Below the pieces are notes generated by a model. The model was not told the origin of the DNA and did no database searches. It saw only the letters and a program-made list of their open reading frames with translations. Of a stretch of DNA of 64,000 nt, positions 9,382-19,822 are shown piece after piece. Positions within the stretch are counted from its first letter, which is position 1. Each line of letters begins with the position of its first letter. The DNA comes from Flavobacteriales bacterium (GTDB lineage: Bacteria; Bacteroidota; Bacteroidia; Palsa-965), in NCBI GenBank assembly GCA_040377305.1, contig JBEIPA010000021.1, positions 1 to 64,000 of the forward strand, in the 5' to 3' direction. The position numbers and the translations under genes were made by a program.

Positions 9382-10419
9382 TTATCCAGCGATCGTCCAG
9401 GTCTTATCACCTGACAAAATCTTATCAAGTGAAACAGGACCTTTTTTAGATTTCGCAAGTTCAATTTGTGCGTACAAATCATCTTCGTAGGTCGCGCGGT
9501 TCTCTTTGTAGAATACACCGAACGGACGTGGCATGTGACCAGCATGTGCAGGATTGTCAAACATTCCTGCCAACACCATTGCCTTCATGCGATCTGTTTC
9601 ATCATGAATCCAAAGACCATCTGGTGATGCACCACCAGCGAGATCAACGATTACAGGCTTCATGCCGTCAAGCTTGATTCCTTTGTCGTTGTTCTTACCG
9701 TAGATCATCGGTTTGCCGTGTTCAACGAACAAACACTCTTCCATTTTGGTTTCTTTCTCGGTATACGTGAAGAAAGCGCCGTCGTTAAATACCGGACAGT
9801 TCTGATAGATCTCAACGAACGCTGTGCCTTTGTGCTCATGCGCGCGTTTGATTACATACTGCTGGTGTTTCGGATCACGATCGAGTGAACGAGCAACGAA
9901 AGTTGACTTCGCACCAATCGCAAGTTCTAACGGATTGAACGGTTCATCAACCGATCCCATTGGAGCCGACTTCGTCTGAATTCCTTTTTGTGATGCCGGA
10001 GAGTACTGACCTTTCGTCAAACCGTAAATCTGGTTATTGAACATCAGATACTTGATCTCGAAATTACGACGCATCAAATGGATGAAGTGGTTACCACCAA
10101 TTGACAGTGAATCTCCGTCGCCGGAAATCAGCCATACATCCAGATCGCGGTTAGTTGCACGAACACCACTTGCAACAGAAGCTGCACGTCCGTGGATAGA
10201 ATGAACACCGTAAGTATCCATGTAATATGTGAAACGTGATGAACATCCGATTCCCGAAACGAACACGTAGTTCTCTTTCGGAACATTCAGATCAGGAAAT
10301 ACACGCTGCACCTGAGCAAGAATTGCGTAGTCGCCACAACCGGGACACCATTTTACGTCCTGGTCGGAAGCAAAATCTTTCGCGGTCTTCTTAGCTGGAA
10401 CTGTTGTTTCTGTGCTCAT
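9382..10419 (-). CDS. korB: 2-oxoacid:ferredoxin oxidoreductase subunit beta
   Basis: 'WCPGCGD', 'SGIGCSSR' and the TPP-binding 'GDGD...NN' motif. Confidence 0.96.
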   Translation of the reverse strand: MSTETTVPAKKTAKDFASDQDVKWCPGCGDYAILAQVQRVFPDLNVPKENYVFVSGIGCSSRFTYYMDTYGVHSIHGRAASVASGVRATNRDLDVWLISGDGDSLSIGGNHFIHLMRRNFEIKYLMFNNQIYGLTKGQYSPASQKGIQTKSAPMGSVDEPFNPLELAIGAKSTFVARSLDRDPKHQQYVIKRAHEHKGTAFVEIYQNCPVFNDGAFFTYTEKETKMEECLFVEHGKPMIYGKNNDKGIKLDGMKPVIVDLAGGASPDGLWIHDETDRMKAMVLAGMFDNPAHAGHMPRPFGVFYKENRATYEDDLYAQIELAKSKKGPVSLDKILSGDKTWTIAG

Positions 10420-10421
10420 AA

Positions 10422-12302
10422 TTATTTGCTGTTAAGAGTTTCAACGATTTTCACTTTCAGTTCATCAACTGTGAACGGCAATCCTTGTACTTTGTTGAAT
10501 CCTGTTGCAGGAATCAGATACTTCGCACGAATCAACTGACGAAGCTGTCCGAGGTTCATTTCCGGAATGAGGACTTTATCAAATCCGGCAAGAACTTCTC
10601 CGAGATTTTTCGGGAACGGATTCACATAACGAAGATGAACGTGTGCAACGTCGTGACCTTCTGCGATCAGTTCAAGAACTGCAGTCTTAATAGCACCTGC
10701 TGTTGAGCCCCAACCGAGAACACACAATTTTGCTTTTTCTTTTCCACTGTCAACATGTGCAAGTGGAATGTAGTTCGCGATCTTCTCAATTTTTTCCTGA
10801 CGCAAGTGAACCATTTTCTCGTGGTTCGCAGAATCGTAAGATACGTTTCCGGTTTCATCCTGCTTCTCAAGACCACCAATGCGGTGTTCAAGACCTGCAG
10901 TTCCCGGTTTCGTACGTGGACGAACTCCGCGCTCATCGCGTTTGTAGGGAAGGAATTTTCCTCCCGGATTATTGTTCTCAGTAACAAACGTTGCTGTGAT
11001 CGGTTTCAGGTCTGCAGCATTTGGAAACTTCCATGGCTCAGATCCGTTTGCGATGTATCCATCAGTCAACAACATTACCGGAGTCATGTGCTCCAATGCA
11101 ATGCGTGCTGCTTCGTAAGCACATTCAAAACAATCAGCAGGCGTTGATGCAGCAATTACAGGAAGTGGTGCTTCACCGTGACGACCGTGGATCGCTTGCA
11201 GCAAATCTGCTTGCTCTGTTTTTGTAGGAAGACCGGTTGAAGGTCCGCCACGCTGTACGTTAATAACAACGAGTGGAATTTCTGTAATAACCGCAAGACC
11301 CATCGCCTCCATTTTCAAAGCGATACCGGGACCTGAAGATGTTGTTACGCCGAGTGCACCCGCATACGATGCTCCGATAGCAGAACAGATCGCAGCAATT
11401 TCATCTTCCGCCTGGAAAGTTTTCACGCCATTCGCGCGATACTTTGAAAGCTCGTGAAGAATGTCAGACGCAGGAGTGATAGGATATGAACCAAGGAACA
11501 AATCCAATCCTGCTTTTTCTGCAGCGCAAATCAATCCAATGGAAGTGGCATGGTTACCGGTGATCTGACGATAAACACCCGCAGGCATTTTCGCAGAGTC
11601 AACTTTCCAGCGCGTTGTGAACGTTTCGGTTGTATCTCCGTAGTTGTATCCAGCTTTGAGCGCCTTGATGTTGGCGTCCATGATTTCCGGTTTCTTTCCG
11701 AATTTCTCAGTGATGAAGCCCATGGTATAATCCATCGACTTATCGAACATCCAGAAAAGAAATCCGAGAACGAACATGTTCTTCGAGCGTTCAATTTCTT
11801 TCATGCCAAGACCGGTTTCTTTCAAAGCTTCTTTCACGAGCCTCGTTACATCGATCTTGTATACTGTGAATCCGTCGAGTGATCCATCATTCAACGGATC
11901 AGCACCTTCAGGATATTTTGCAAGATTGAGATTCTTCTTATCGAAACCAGCCGTGTTCACGAGAATGATTCCGCCTTTTTTTACTTTGTGAAGATCGCTC
12001 TTCAATCCAGCGGAGTTCATCGCAACAAGTACATCGTACTCATCACCCGGTGTAAAAATTTCTTTACTTCCGAAGTTCACCTGGAAACCAGACACACCCG
12101 CAACTGTGCCAGCCGGGGCGCGGATCTCCGCAGGGAATTCAGGGAAAGTACTCAGGTCCTGACCAAAGAACGCCGACGTATCGGTGAACTGTGAACCCGT
12201 CAGCTGCATACCATCTCCCGAGTCTCCGGAGAAACGTACAACCACATTTTCCGCGTGCTTAACCTCAACGGTTTTGCCCGCTTTCTTCTCAATTGTGTCC
12301 AT
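10422..12302 (-). CDS. korA: 2-oxoacid:acceptor oxidoreductase subunit alpha (gamma-alpha fusion)
   Basis: 'SGDSGDGMQLTG', 'YPITPAS', 'QAEDEIAA' and 'QRGGPSTGLPT'. Confidence 0.96.
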   Translation of the reverse strand: MDTIEKKAGKTVEVKHAENVVVRFSGDSGDGMQLTGSQFTDTSAFFGQDLSTFPEFPAEIRAPAGTVAGVSGFQVNFGSKEIFTPGDEYDVLVAMNSAGLKSDLHKVKKGGIILVNTAGFDKKNLNLAKYPEGADPLNDGSLDGFTVYKIDVTRLVKEALKETGLGMKEIERSKNMFVLGFLFWMFDKSMDYTMGFITEKFGKKPEIMDANIKALKAGYNYGDTTETFTTRWKVDSAKMPAGVYRQITGNHATSIGLICAAEKAGLDLFLGSYPITPASDILHELSKYRANGVKTFQAEDEIAAICSAIGASYAGALGVTTSSGPGIALKMEAMGLAVITEIPLVVINVQRGGPSTGLPTKTEQADLLQAIHGRHGEAPLPVIAASTPADCFECAYEAARIALEHMTPVMLLTDGYIANGSEPWKFPNAADLKPITATFVTENNNPGGKFLPYKRDERGVRPRTKPGTAGLEHRIGGLEKQDETGNVSYDSANHEKMVHLRQEKIEKIANYIPLAHVDSGKEKAKLCVLGWGSTAGAIKTAVLELIAEGHDVAHVHLRYVNPFPKNLGEVLAGFDKVLIPEMNLGQLRQLIRAKYLIPATGFNKVQGLPFTVDELKVKIVETLNSK

Positions 12303-12320
12303 GATTAGTTATTGGTGATA

Positions 12321-12668
12321 TCAAACGTGTAAAGCATCTTTCTTCGCAGTCAATTCTTCTTTCGACTCCACGTTGTCCGGATCGGGAACGCAGCAATCTA
12401 CAGGGCAAACAGAAGCGCACTGCGGCTCGTCGTGAAAGCCTACGCATTCTGTGCATTTATCAGTCACGATGTAATAAAACTCAGGTGAAACAGGTTCATG
12501 TGATGCTTCAGCGTCGCCCGTAATACCGCTTTTGGAAGTAAAAGATCCTGTTACAGATGTCTTGTACGAAAAGCTCCATTCAGCATTTGGCTCATAAATC
12601 GCGCCATTCGGACACTCCGGTTCGCACGCTCCACAGTTGATGCACTCATCAGTAATCTTAATTGCCAT
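12321..12668 (-). CDS. 2x[4Fe-4S] ferredoxin, YfhL-like
   Basis: 'CINCGACEPECP' and 'CTECVGFHDEPQCASVCP' motifs. First gene of the fdx-korA-korB unit. Confidence 0.95.
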   Translation of the reverse strand: MAIKITDECINCGACEPECPNGAIYEPNAEWSFSYKTSVTGSFTSKSGITGDAEASHEPVSPEFYYIVTDKCTECVGFHDEPQCASVCPVDCCVPDPDNVESKEELTAKKDALHV

Positions 12669-12895
12669 TATTCAGCGGATTTGGTCAAAAATAAATCCGA
12701 CAAATATGCAAAATAGGGCATGGATAACCAAAGAATAGGGGCATTATCGAGGTTCCGGAATCGGGGAATCGTCGTTCAAAACAGGCTTTTAGTCCTGACG
12801 GGTCGGGGAAGGTGGGGATGGGGGTGAAGAAGCGAATATGTACCCGATCGGCTATAGCACGGTTTAAAGAGGCTATCTCTATATGCTCAGAAAGA

Positions 12896-13900
12896 CTACT
12901 TCAACAGGAAGTTCCGTTTCTTGTTGTACATCATCAGGTAACCTCGTTTGTTATCTGTTTTGAGAAAAGAGCGCTCGATCAATGTTTCCATGAACGGATG
13001 TCTTTCCAGATAAAGTGCCAATACTTTGTCAATTCTGTTTTCGGCAACTCCGATTCTCCTTCCAAATTCAACAAAGTCGGCTTGTGTCGGATGACCATTC
13101 AATTTGTATTTACCGCTTTTAAAACCATCAGCAAACAAGCCCCTTTCCAAGGCGAAATCTGAATCATCTACATGCAGCTTTGTATTGATCAGATCATATG
13201 CCGGACTGAGCAGGTAATCACCACCCGACGACTCGAGCAATGAGAAATTCTTCAGGTGAGCGTCTCCGTTGGAGAACAGAAAATTGAACAGAACCAACGA
13301 AAAGAATTTTTCTATTTCCACTCTCCAGGCGGGAACATAATGACGCAGCAGCATAGCTGTCTCTTCATAGCTGTATTTGTATTTATCGCCTGAAGACATT
13401 GTTGTTTTACCTGCCAACGACGCAAAATCTTCTTGTCCCCATTTTGTGCCGGACACTGAGTCACGTACATCAAATCTTTTTGTGATGTACGCAGGCTCTC
13501 CATCCTTAAAAAATACGAGACCATTTTCTGCTGTCTGTATTCCGTAAACCTGCCGTGCAATCTGCATCGTGAGATGTTCATTGGCGGGAACTTCTGATCT
13601 TTTTTTTAGCGAAGACGGAACAGGTTTTAGAATATATGTTCCCTGTTCACCTTCACGAGTGAGTCGAAGTTTTTTCTTCTCAAGCAGTACGCTGTGCTTG
13701 GTCTGGAATCCCGACAGAGAAATTCTCTTTACATTCTCAAGAAAGTCAGCCATCGTATTTTCATCATCCGACGGAGAACTCATATCAAGCACATGACTCA
13801 CCGACTTGCCTCCGTACATTTTACGCAGGAAAGACGGGCTGTATGTTTCATAACCTGCAGCCAATGTTCCGGGACAATATTTCAGTTGTGGTAAGCTCAT
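12896..13900 (-). CDS. HipA C-terminal kinase domain toxin (HipT-like)
   Basis: P-loop 'SLSGFQTK', 'NEHLTMQIA', 'YITKRFD', 'NGDAHLKNFS' and 'LSPAYDL'. Confidence 0.93.
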   Translation of the reverse strand: MSLPQLKYCPGTLAAGYETYSPSFLRKMYGGKSVSHVLDMSSPSDDENTMADFLENVKRISLSGFQTKHSVLLEKKKLRLTREGEQGTYILKPVPSSLKKRSEVPANEHLTMQIARQVYGIQTAENGLVFFKDGEPAYITKRFDVRDSVSGTKWGQEDFASLAGKTTMSSGDKYKYSYEETAMLLRHYVPAWRVEIEKFFSLVLFNFLFSNGDAHLKNFSLLESSGGDYLLSPAYDLINTKLHVDDSDFALERGLFADGFKSGKYKLNGHPTQADFVEFGRRIGVAENRIDKVLALYLERHPFMETLIERSFLKTDNKRGYLMMYNKKRNFLLK

Positions 13901-14226
13901 TCTTCACTCTTTACTTTAACAGTAACACATCCGATTGTATCAATTGTTGCAGTCATCATTAATATACCGAATTGATCGTCTTCGTCAATTTTCAGCAGGC
14001 GACTTTGTAGCTTCTTGTTCTCACCTTCTGCAATCATGTTGCTGAAAAATGGGAACAGCATCTTGCTATTGTATTCCTGATGCGATTTGGGAAGCGTAAG
14101 GCTGATCGCCGATTGTGTACTGTCCACAAAATACCGGTCGTCGTACCGAAATACGTAATGGCGTCGGTTTAGTTCTTTCAGCACACCAGCTAGTATTCCA
14201 TTGCGATATACTTCCAACTCTCTCAT
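13897..14226 (-). CDS. HipA N-terminal domain protein (HipS-like)
   Basis: 109 aa with 'AISLTLP', 'LFPFFSNMIAEG' and 'DTIGCVTV'. 4-nt overlap with the kinase gene. Confidence 0.9.
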   Translation of the reverse strand: MRELEVYRNGILAGVLKELNRRHYVFRYDDRYFVDSTQSAISLTLPKSHQEYNSKMLFPFFSNMIAEGENKKLQSRLLKIDEDDQFGILMMTATIDTIGCVTVKVKSEE

Positions 14227-14229
14227 TTA

Positions 14230-14442
14230 TTATCCTGTTTTCTTCACGTTCAGAGTTACTTCCATACCCAAAACGCTCACTACTTTTTCAAGCACTTCCA
14301 GTGAAGGATTTCCTTGTCCGCGTTCAAGTTTGTAGAGCGTGTTAGTACTAATGCCAGCCAATCCGGCTAAATGGGGTTGTGTGATTTTCAGGGACTTTCT
14401 TCTAAGTCGGATGACGGAACCTATTTGACTGACTAACATCAT
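14230..14442 (-). CDS. HipB-like XRE helix-turn-helix protein
   Basis: 70 aa with 'RRKSLKITQPHLAGLAGISTNTLYKLERGQGNPSL'. Confidence 0.92.
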   Translation of the reverse strand: MMLVSQIGSVIRLRRKSLKITQPHLAGLAGISTNTLYKLERGQGNPSLEVLEKVVSVLGMEVTLNVKKTG

Positions 14443-14575
14443 AGTGTGATTTAGTTAGTCAAATATAGGTCACCTGAATAAAATATGCAAGTAAAATCAT
14501 ATTATAGTGTGTTTATGTGTTGTAATTTGGCATGTCTTGCCTTGAAAAGGCAAGACATCACATTATCAGGTGATT
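14435..14575. promoter_or_regulatory. hip operon control region: three related operator-like sites, a -7 element and a 12-bp hairpin
   Basis: Related motifs AACATCATAGTGTGAT (~14435), ATCATATTATAGTGTGTT (~14496) and ATCACATTATCAGGTGAT (~14557). TATATTTG on the minus strand at 14460-14467. Perfect ATGTCTTGCCTT-gaa-AAGGCAAGACAT at 14532-14558. Confidence 0.6.
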
Positions 14576-14836
14576 TGCCAGGTTTTAACCTTTGATTGCA
14601 TGCCAACTACATCAAGTCCTATCACTTTTCAGGAAACGGAGTTTGAGTCATAGTGACGATGGCGCACTTTTTTTGTGTCCGCTAAACGGAGATTGATACG
14701 AATTATTAATCGTTCTCCATTAATTTTCAGATAGTTCTGTTGTGCAAAACGTGTCCATTATTTTGTGTACAGAGGTGTTGAAAATCCACCAAAATCCTGA
14801 TATTTACCACCTGCCAACAAACACTACTTTTACCCG

Positions 14837-15187
14837 ATGAGCTCAGCTGCACTAATCATGCTTATCATTTGCGGAGTCGCATTTGCCGGAGGAGGAATCC
14901 TACTGTCAAAAGTGCTCGCGAAGTCGTCGAAGAACGTGGTGAAGGGCGAAGCCTATGAGTGCGGAATCCCTACTACAGGAACATCGTGGATTCAGTTTAA
15001 CGTTGGATATTACCTCTTTGCTTTGATCTTCCTCATATTCGACGTGGAGCTTGTTTTCCTTTATCCTTGGGCTGTCGCAGCGAAAGGTGTTGGAATCGTT
15101 GCTTTCGTTGAGATCGTCGTATTCATGTTCATTCTGTTTATGGGATTGCTGTACGCATATAGGAAAGGAGCGCTCAAATGGATGTAG
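14837..15187 (+). CDS. nuoA: Complex I subunit A
   Basis: 'YECG' and 'FLIFDVELVFLYPWA'; three TM segments. Confidence 0.96.
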   Translation: MSSAALIMLIICGVAFAGGGILLSKVLAKSSKNVVKGEAYECGIPTTGTSWIQFNVGYYLFALIFLIFDVELVFLYPWAVAAKGVGIVAFVEIVVFMFILFMGLLYAYRKGALKWM

Positions 15188-15193
15188 GATTTA

Positions 15194-15228
15194 CAGTTCG
15201 CAGTTTGCAGTGCGCAGTACGCAGTTCG
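15194..15228. repeat. Heptamer array (CAGTnnG)x5 in the nuoA-nuoB spacer
   Basis: CAGTTCG CAGTTTG CAGTGCG CAGTACG CAGTTCG. Confidence 0.85.
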
Positions 15229-15265
15229 TACTACGTCACTGCTTTAGATAGAAAGGGAGGGTGCA

Positions 15266-15802
15266 ATGGATTATGATATTAAGAAGATGGGCGATCCATT
15301 CCCTGGAACGGTAGATCCTACTGCGGATGGCGGCATTCTCGTAACGAAACTCGATGATGCAATTAACTGGGCGCGCGCGAATTCTTTATGGCCGCTCGTA
15401 TTCGGAACATCCTGCTGTGCAATCGAAATGATGTCGGCGGCTTCTGCAAAACACGATTGGTCGCGATTCGGATTTGAGGTTGCCCGTGCAACTCCACGTC
15501 AGGCCGACCTTATTATCGTTGCAGGAACAATCGTAATGAAAATGGCACCGGTACTGAAACGTTTGTACGATCAGATGGCCGATCCTAAATATGTAATTGC
15601 AATGGGCGCCTGCACAATTTCGGGCGGACCATTCTTCTACAATACATACTCCGTTGTAAAAGGTGTCGACCACGTTATTCCGGTTGACGTTTACATTCCG
15701 GGTTGTCCTCCGCGACCAGAAGCATTGCTGCACGCGATGATCACGCTCCAGGAGAAAATCAAGAATGAACCTTATTTCCGCAAGCCGAAACTCGCTCTAT
15801 GA
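15266..15802 (+). CDS. nuoB: Complex I subunit B
   Basis: 'SCCAIEM', 'MGACTISGG' and 'IPGCPPRPE' N2-cluster ligands. Confidence 0.97.
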   Translation: MDYDIKKMGDPFPGTVDPTADGGILVTKLDDAINWARANSLWPLVFGTSCCAIEMMSAASAKHDWSRFGFEVARATPRQADLIIVAGTIVMKMAPVLKRLYDQMADPKYVIAMGACTISGGPFFYNTYSVVKGVDHVIPVDVYIPGCPPRPEALLHAMITLQEKIKNEPYFRKPKLAL

Positions 15803-16299
15803 CAAGGGAAGAACTTCAGGCAGCAATCCAGTCGGCAGTAGGGCAGTCAGCAGTAGTGCAGTCTGCGGAAACTCCGGCAACCGATGCTCCATCTTTAATC
15901 ACTTTCGATGAGGGCGGACAATTCCTCAACGGAAATGTTGATCGCACGAACATTGCTTCGGTAATGAAGAAACTGCGCGATGAACTCGGTTTCGATTACC
16001 TGTTCTGTTTGACCTGTGTCGATTGGAAAACACATTTCACCATGATGTATCACTTGCGTAATCTTTCTACGCTGGATGAAGTGGTGATCAAAGTAAAACT
16101 TGACGATATCAAGGCTCCTGCACTTGATTCTGTAACTCACCTCTGGCAAACAGCAAATTTCCACGAGCGAGAAGTATGGGATCTTTTCGGAGTGAAATTC
16201 TATAACCATCCTGATCTTCGCCGCATTTTCTTAGATGAACAGTGGCCAGGTTTCCCATTGAGGAAATCGTATGAGGATCCAAACATGATCGAGCTCTGA
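15799..16299 (+). CDS. nuoC: Complex I subunit C (not fused to D)
   Basis: '[21 protein letters not shown]' and 'GFPLRK'. The N-terminus contains a CAGT-repeat-derived stretch. Confidence 0.95.
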   Translation: MTREELQAAIQSAVGQSAVVQSAETPATDAPSLITFDEGGQFLNGNVDRTNIASVMKKLRDELGFDYLFCLTCVDWKTHFTMMYHLRNLSTLDEVVIKVKLDDIKAPALDSVTHLWQTANFHEREVWDLFGVKFYNHPDLRRIFLDEQWPGFPLRKSYEDPNMIEL

Positions 16300-17423
16300 T
16301 GAATAACTTATTAGAACCGGATCATTTGACAGAGGATGGCGAATTCGTCATCAACATCGGACCTCAACACCCGTCGACGCACGGCGTGTTGCATCTGAAA
16401 GTGTGGCTCGATGGCGAAACTGTTAAACACGTTCAGCCTCACCTCGGATATATTCACCGCTCCATTGAGAAAATGTGCGAAAGCTTGTCTTATCGCCAGT
16501 TCATTTTCTCAACGAGCCGCATGGATTATCTATCGGCACACATCAACAACCAGGCTTGCGCTCTTGCAGTGGAAGCCGGATTGCAAGTGGAAGTTCCGGA
16601 GCGCGCGAAAGTAATTCGTACAATTCTGGCAGAGCTCACCCGTCTCGCATCACATGCATTGTGGTGGGGATGTATGGGTCTCGATCTCGGTGCAGTTACT
16701 CCTTTCTTCTATGCATTCCGTGAGCGTGAAATGATCAACGACATCATGGAGGAATCCTGTGGTGCGCGTTTGACACAGAACTTTATTGTTCCGGGTGGAT
16801 TGATGATGGATGTGCATCCGAATTTCGTTGCGAAGACGAAAGAACTGGTGAAAATGTTTCGCCAGAATCTGCCGGAGTACGACCAACTTTTAACCGGTAA
16901 CGTAATTTTCCGTGAGCGCACAGAAGGAGTAGGCGTGCTTTCCAAAGCAGATGCAATTTCTTTTGGAACCAGCGGACCTGTTGCACGTGCATCGGGTGTG
17001 AGCTGCGATATCCGTAAGCAATATCCGTACGATGCTTACGATCGCGTTCAGTTCAAAGAAATTATTTCCAACGGCTGCGATTCATGGGCACGTTATCTCG
17101 TTCGCATTGAAGAAATGAAAGAAAGCTTCTCCATCATTGAGCAGCTCATCGATAATATTCCGGAAGGCGACATCGTTGGCAAAACAAAAGCTGTGGTGAA
17201 ACTTCCCAAAGGAGAATTCTATTCGAAAGTGGAAACTGCACGCGGAGAACTGGGTGTTCTGCTCGTGAGCGACGGCACAGCAAATCCGTACCGTTGCAAA
17301 TTCCGCTCACCGGGTTTCAGTAATCTTTCAGCACTTGGCCACATGGCGAAAGGTTCAAAGATTGGCGACCTCGTTGCAATGATGGCAACACTTGACCTTG
17401 TAATTCCTGATGTTGACAGATGA
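16299..17423 (+). CDS. nuoD: Complex I subunit D
   Basis: 'NIGPQHPSTHGVL', 'GYIHRSIEK' and C-terminal 'DLVIPDVDR'. No Ni-binding CxxC pairs. Confidence 0.96.
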   Translation: MNNLLEPDHLTEDGEFVINIGPQHPSTHGVLHLKVWLDGETVKHVQPHLGYIHRSIEKMCESLSYRQFIFSTSRMDYLSAHINNQACALAVEAGLQVEVPERAKVIRTILAELTRLASHALWWGCMGLDLGAVTPFFYAFREREMINDIMEESCGARLTQNFIVPGGLMMDVHPNFVAKTKELVKMFRQNLPEYDQLLTGNVIFRERTEGVGVLSKADAISFGTSGPVARASGVSCDIRKQYPYDAYDRVQFKEIISNGCDSWARYLVRIEEMKESFSIIEQLIDNIPEGDIVGKTKAVVKLPKGEFYSKVETARGELGVLLVSDGTANPYRCKFRSPGFSNLSALGHMAKGSKIGDLVAMMATLDLVIPDVDR

Positions 17424-18499
17424 TCACCGCTAACGAAATACTCCATAGCATTCACGTGGGGCTCGCAGGAGCGATCACGAATGAAATGTTGTTGGCTATT
17501 ACCGAGATGGCGCTCGTCGGAATCACTTTGCTCGGAAGTCTGGTGTGTCTCAGCTTCTTCCTTGGTTACATGGAACGTAAAGTTGCGGCATTCATGCAGA
17601 TTCGTCTCGGACCAAACCGTGTTGGACCAAAAGGTTCATTGCAGATTGTTGCAGATACAATCAAACTTCTCTTCAAAGAAGGTCTCACGCCAACGTCATC
17701 CGACAAATTCCTTTTCAATCTCGCGCCGTACATCATGGTTGTGACAACGATGTTGGTGATTGCGCCAATTGCGTATACAAAAGGAATGCAGATATGGGAC
17801 ATCAACATCGGTGTCTTATATGTATCATCGATTTCGTCGATGTCTGTTATCGGAATCCTCATGGCAGGATGGTCGAGCAACAACAAGTATTCTCTTCTCG
17901 GTGCAATGCGTTGCGGAGCACAAATTGTGAGTTACGAATTGTCTATCGGGCTTTCATTGATTACGATTGTCGTTCTCACCGGAGAATTATCGATCTCAGG
18001 AATTGTAGAAAGCCAGGCAAACGGATGGTGGCTTTTCAAAGGACACATTCCGGTGATTATCGCGTTCGTCATCTTCATCATTGCATCAACAGCAGAAATT
18101 AACCGTGCTCCATTCGACTTAGCTGAAGCTGAATCAGAATTAACAGCAGGTTTCCACACAGAATATTCAGGAATGAAGTTCGCGATGTTCCTGCTCGCAG
18201 AATACATCAACCTGTTCATCGTTGCTGCAATGGGCGCAACCTTGTTCCTCGGCGGATGGATGCCATTGCACTTCGGAGTGGATAACGGATTTAATCACGT
18301 CATGGATTACATTCCGGGATTCGTTTGGTTCTTCGGCAAAACATTCTTCCTCATCTTTATTATCATGTGGTTCCGCTGGACGTTCCCGCGTTTGCGTATC
18401 GATCAGCTTCTGAACCTCGAATGGAAATACCTGCTGCCGATCAGCATGGTGAATATTCTGCTTGCAACCTTAATCGCCATAATGGGATGGCACTTCTAA
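17420..18499 (+). CDS. nuoH: Complex I subunit H
   Basis: 'ERKVAAFMQIRLGPNRVGP' and 'PFDLAEAESELTAGFHTEYSG'. Confidence 0.97.
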   Translation: MITANEILHSIHVGLAGAITNEMLLAITEMALVGITLLGSLVCLSFFLGYMERKVAAFMQIRLGPNRVGPKGSLQIVADTIKLLFKEGLTPTSSDKFLFNLAPYIMVVTTMLVIAPIAYTKGMQIWDINIGVLYVSSISSMSVIGILMAGWSSNNKYSLLGAMRCGAQIVSYELSIGLSLITIVVLTGELSISGIVESQANGWWLFKGHIPVIIAFVIFIIASTAEINRAPFDLAEAESELTAGFHTEYSGMKFAMFLLAEYINLFIVAAMGATLFLGGWMPLHFGVDNGFNHVMDYIPGFVWFFGKTFFLIFIIMWFRWTFPRLRIDQLLNLEWKYLLPISMVNILLATLIAIMGWHF

Positions 18500-18503
18500 C
18501 GAC

Positions 18504-18986
18504 ATGGGAATAGGCAGCTACTTTAAAACGATATTCACTTCTGTCCGCTCTTTGATGAGTGGGATGAAGCTGACTGGTTATTATTTCACCCATCACAAAG
18601 AAATTGTAACGCAGCAGTATCCGGAGAACAAAGCGAAAGGCGAATTGATTTTGCCGGAACGTTTTCGCGGAGAAGTAATAATGCCGCACGATGAGAACAA
18701 CGAACACCGCTGCACAGGTTGTCAGTCGTGTGAGCTTTCTTGTCCGAACGGAAGTATCAAGATCATTACGAAACAAGCGTTGCAGCCCGACGGAAAGAAG
18801 AAGAAAGCAATTGATACGTGGGTGTATCACTTAGATATGTGTACGTTCTGCAATTTGTGTATCGAAGCTTGTCCTACTCAGGCAATTATCATGGGACAGG
18901 AATTTGAGCACAGCGTATTCGATAAGAAGAAACTGAAGAAAATTTTGAATGAGCCCGGTTCACAAGTGAAAGCCGGAGTAGAATAA
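18504..18986 (+). CDS. nuoI: Complex I subunit I
   Basis: Two CxxCxxCxxxCP motifs (CTGCQSCELSCP and CTFCNLCIEACP). Confidence 0.96.
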   Translation: MGIGSYFKTIFTSVRSLMSGMKLTGYYFTHHKEIVTQQYPENKAKGELILPERFRGEVIMPHDENNEHRCTGCQSCELSCPNGSIKIITKQALQPDGKKKKAIDTWVYHLDMCTFCNLCIEACPTQAIIMGQEFEHSVFDKKKLKKILNEPGSQVKAGVE

Positions 18987-19501
18987 TGAGTGCATCAACT
19001 ATCATATTTTACATTCTTGCGGCGATAACGCTGGGCGGGGCAATTCTTGCGGTGACATCACCTAAGATTTTCCGTTCGGCTATTTATCTGTTGTTCTCAC
19101 TGATCGGAATTGCGGGCTTGTACTTCTGGCTCAATTATGAATTCATCGCAGCAGTGCAGGTTGTTGTTTACGTGGGTGGAATTGTGGTGCTCATCATCTT
19201 CTCGATTTTCCTCACCGCAGGCGCTGGTGGCGATATGAAAGATCCGATTAAAGTGCGGTCGCTCTTCGCCGGACTTGCGTGTCTCGCGGGTTATTGTCTC
19301 GTGTATTATGTGATTCAGCGTTCAGAATTTGTTGCGGTAAATCAACCATCGATTGGCAGTGAAGTAAAAACAATCGGTGCACAGATGTTGAGTACAACAG
19401 AGCATGGATATTTGTTGCCATTCGAAGTAGTGTCAATGCTTCTTCTTGCCGCGATGATCAGTGCTATCGTAATTGCCATTAAAACGCGTACCACAAAATG
19501 A
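18986..19501 (+). CDS. nuoJ: Complex I subunit J
   Basis: 'QVVVYVGGIVVL' and 'LPFEVVSMLLLAA'. Confidence 0.95.
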   Translation: MSASTIIFYILAAITLGGAILAVTSPKIFRSAIYLLFSLIGIAGLYFWLNYEFIAAVQVVVYVGGIVVLIIFSIFLTAGAGGDMKDPIKVRSLFAGLACLAGYCLVYYVIQRSEFVAVNQPSIGSEVKTIGAQMLSTTEHGYLLPFEVVSMLLLAAMISAIVIAIKTRTTK

Positions 19502-19812
19502 AGGATATAGGACTTTCGCATTTCCTGATTGTCAGCACCATGCTGTTCTTCATCGGCGTGTACGGTTTCCTCACGCGCAGGAACATGATCACGATGCTGA
19601 TGTCAATCGAGTTAATTCTCAACGCGTGTAACATCAACTTCATTGCATTCAACAAATACCTATTCCCGCATAAACTTGACGGAACATTTTTCACGCTCTT
19701 CAACATTGCCATTGCCGCCGCAGAAGCCGCTGTAGCTATCGCAATTATCATCAATCTATACCGACAACGTAAGTCGATTGATGCCGAAGACGCTGATTCA
19801 ATGAGATTATAG
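19498..19812 (+). CDS. nuoK: Complex I subunit K
   Basis: 'MSIELILNA' and 'AAAEAAVAIA'. Confidence 0.96.
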   Translation: MKDIGLSHFLIVSTMLFFIGVYGFLTRRNMITMLMSIELILNACNINFIAFNKYLFPHKLDGTFFTLFNIAIAAAEAAVAIAIIINLYRQRKSIDAEDADSMRL

Positions 19813-19822
19813 AAAAAGTGAT

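Noticed and set aside
12800-12824. G-quadruplex-like run GGGTCGGGGAAGGTGGGGATGGGGG
   Set aside because: A single intergenic instance with no supporting context; could be chance.
14580-14836. Possible riboswitch or ncRNA in the nuoA leader
   Set aside because: No recognisable conserved aptamer or convincing structure by eye. An Rfam/Infernal scan would be needed.
16299-17423. Group 4 [NiFe]-hydrogenase large subunit
   Set aside because: Lacks the N- and C-terminal CxxC Ni ligands and has the NuoD quinone-site GPQHPSTHG motif.
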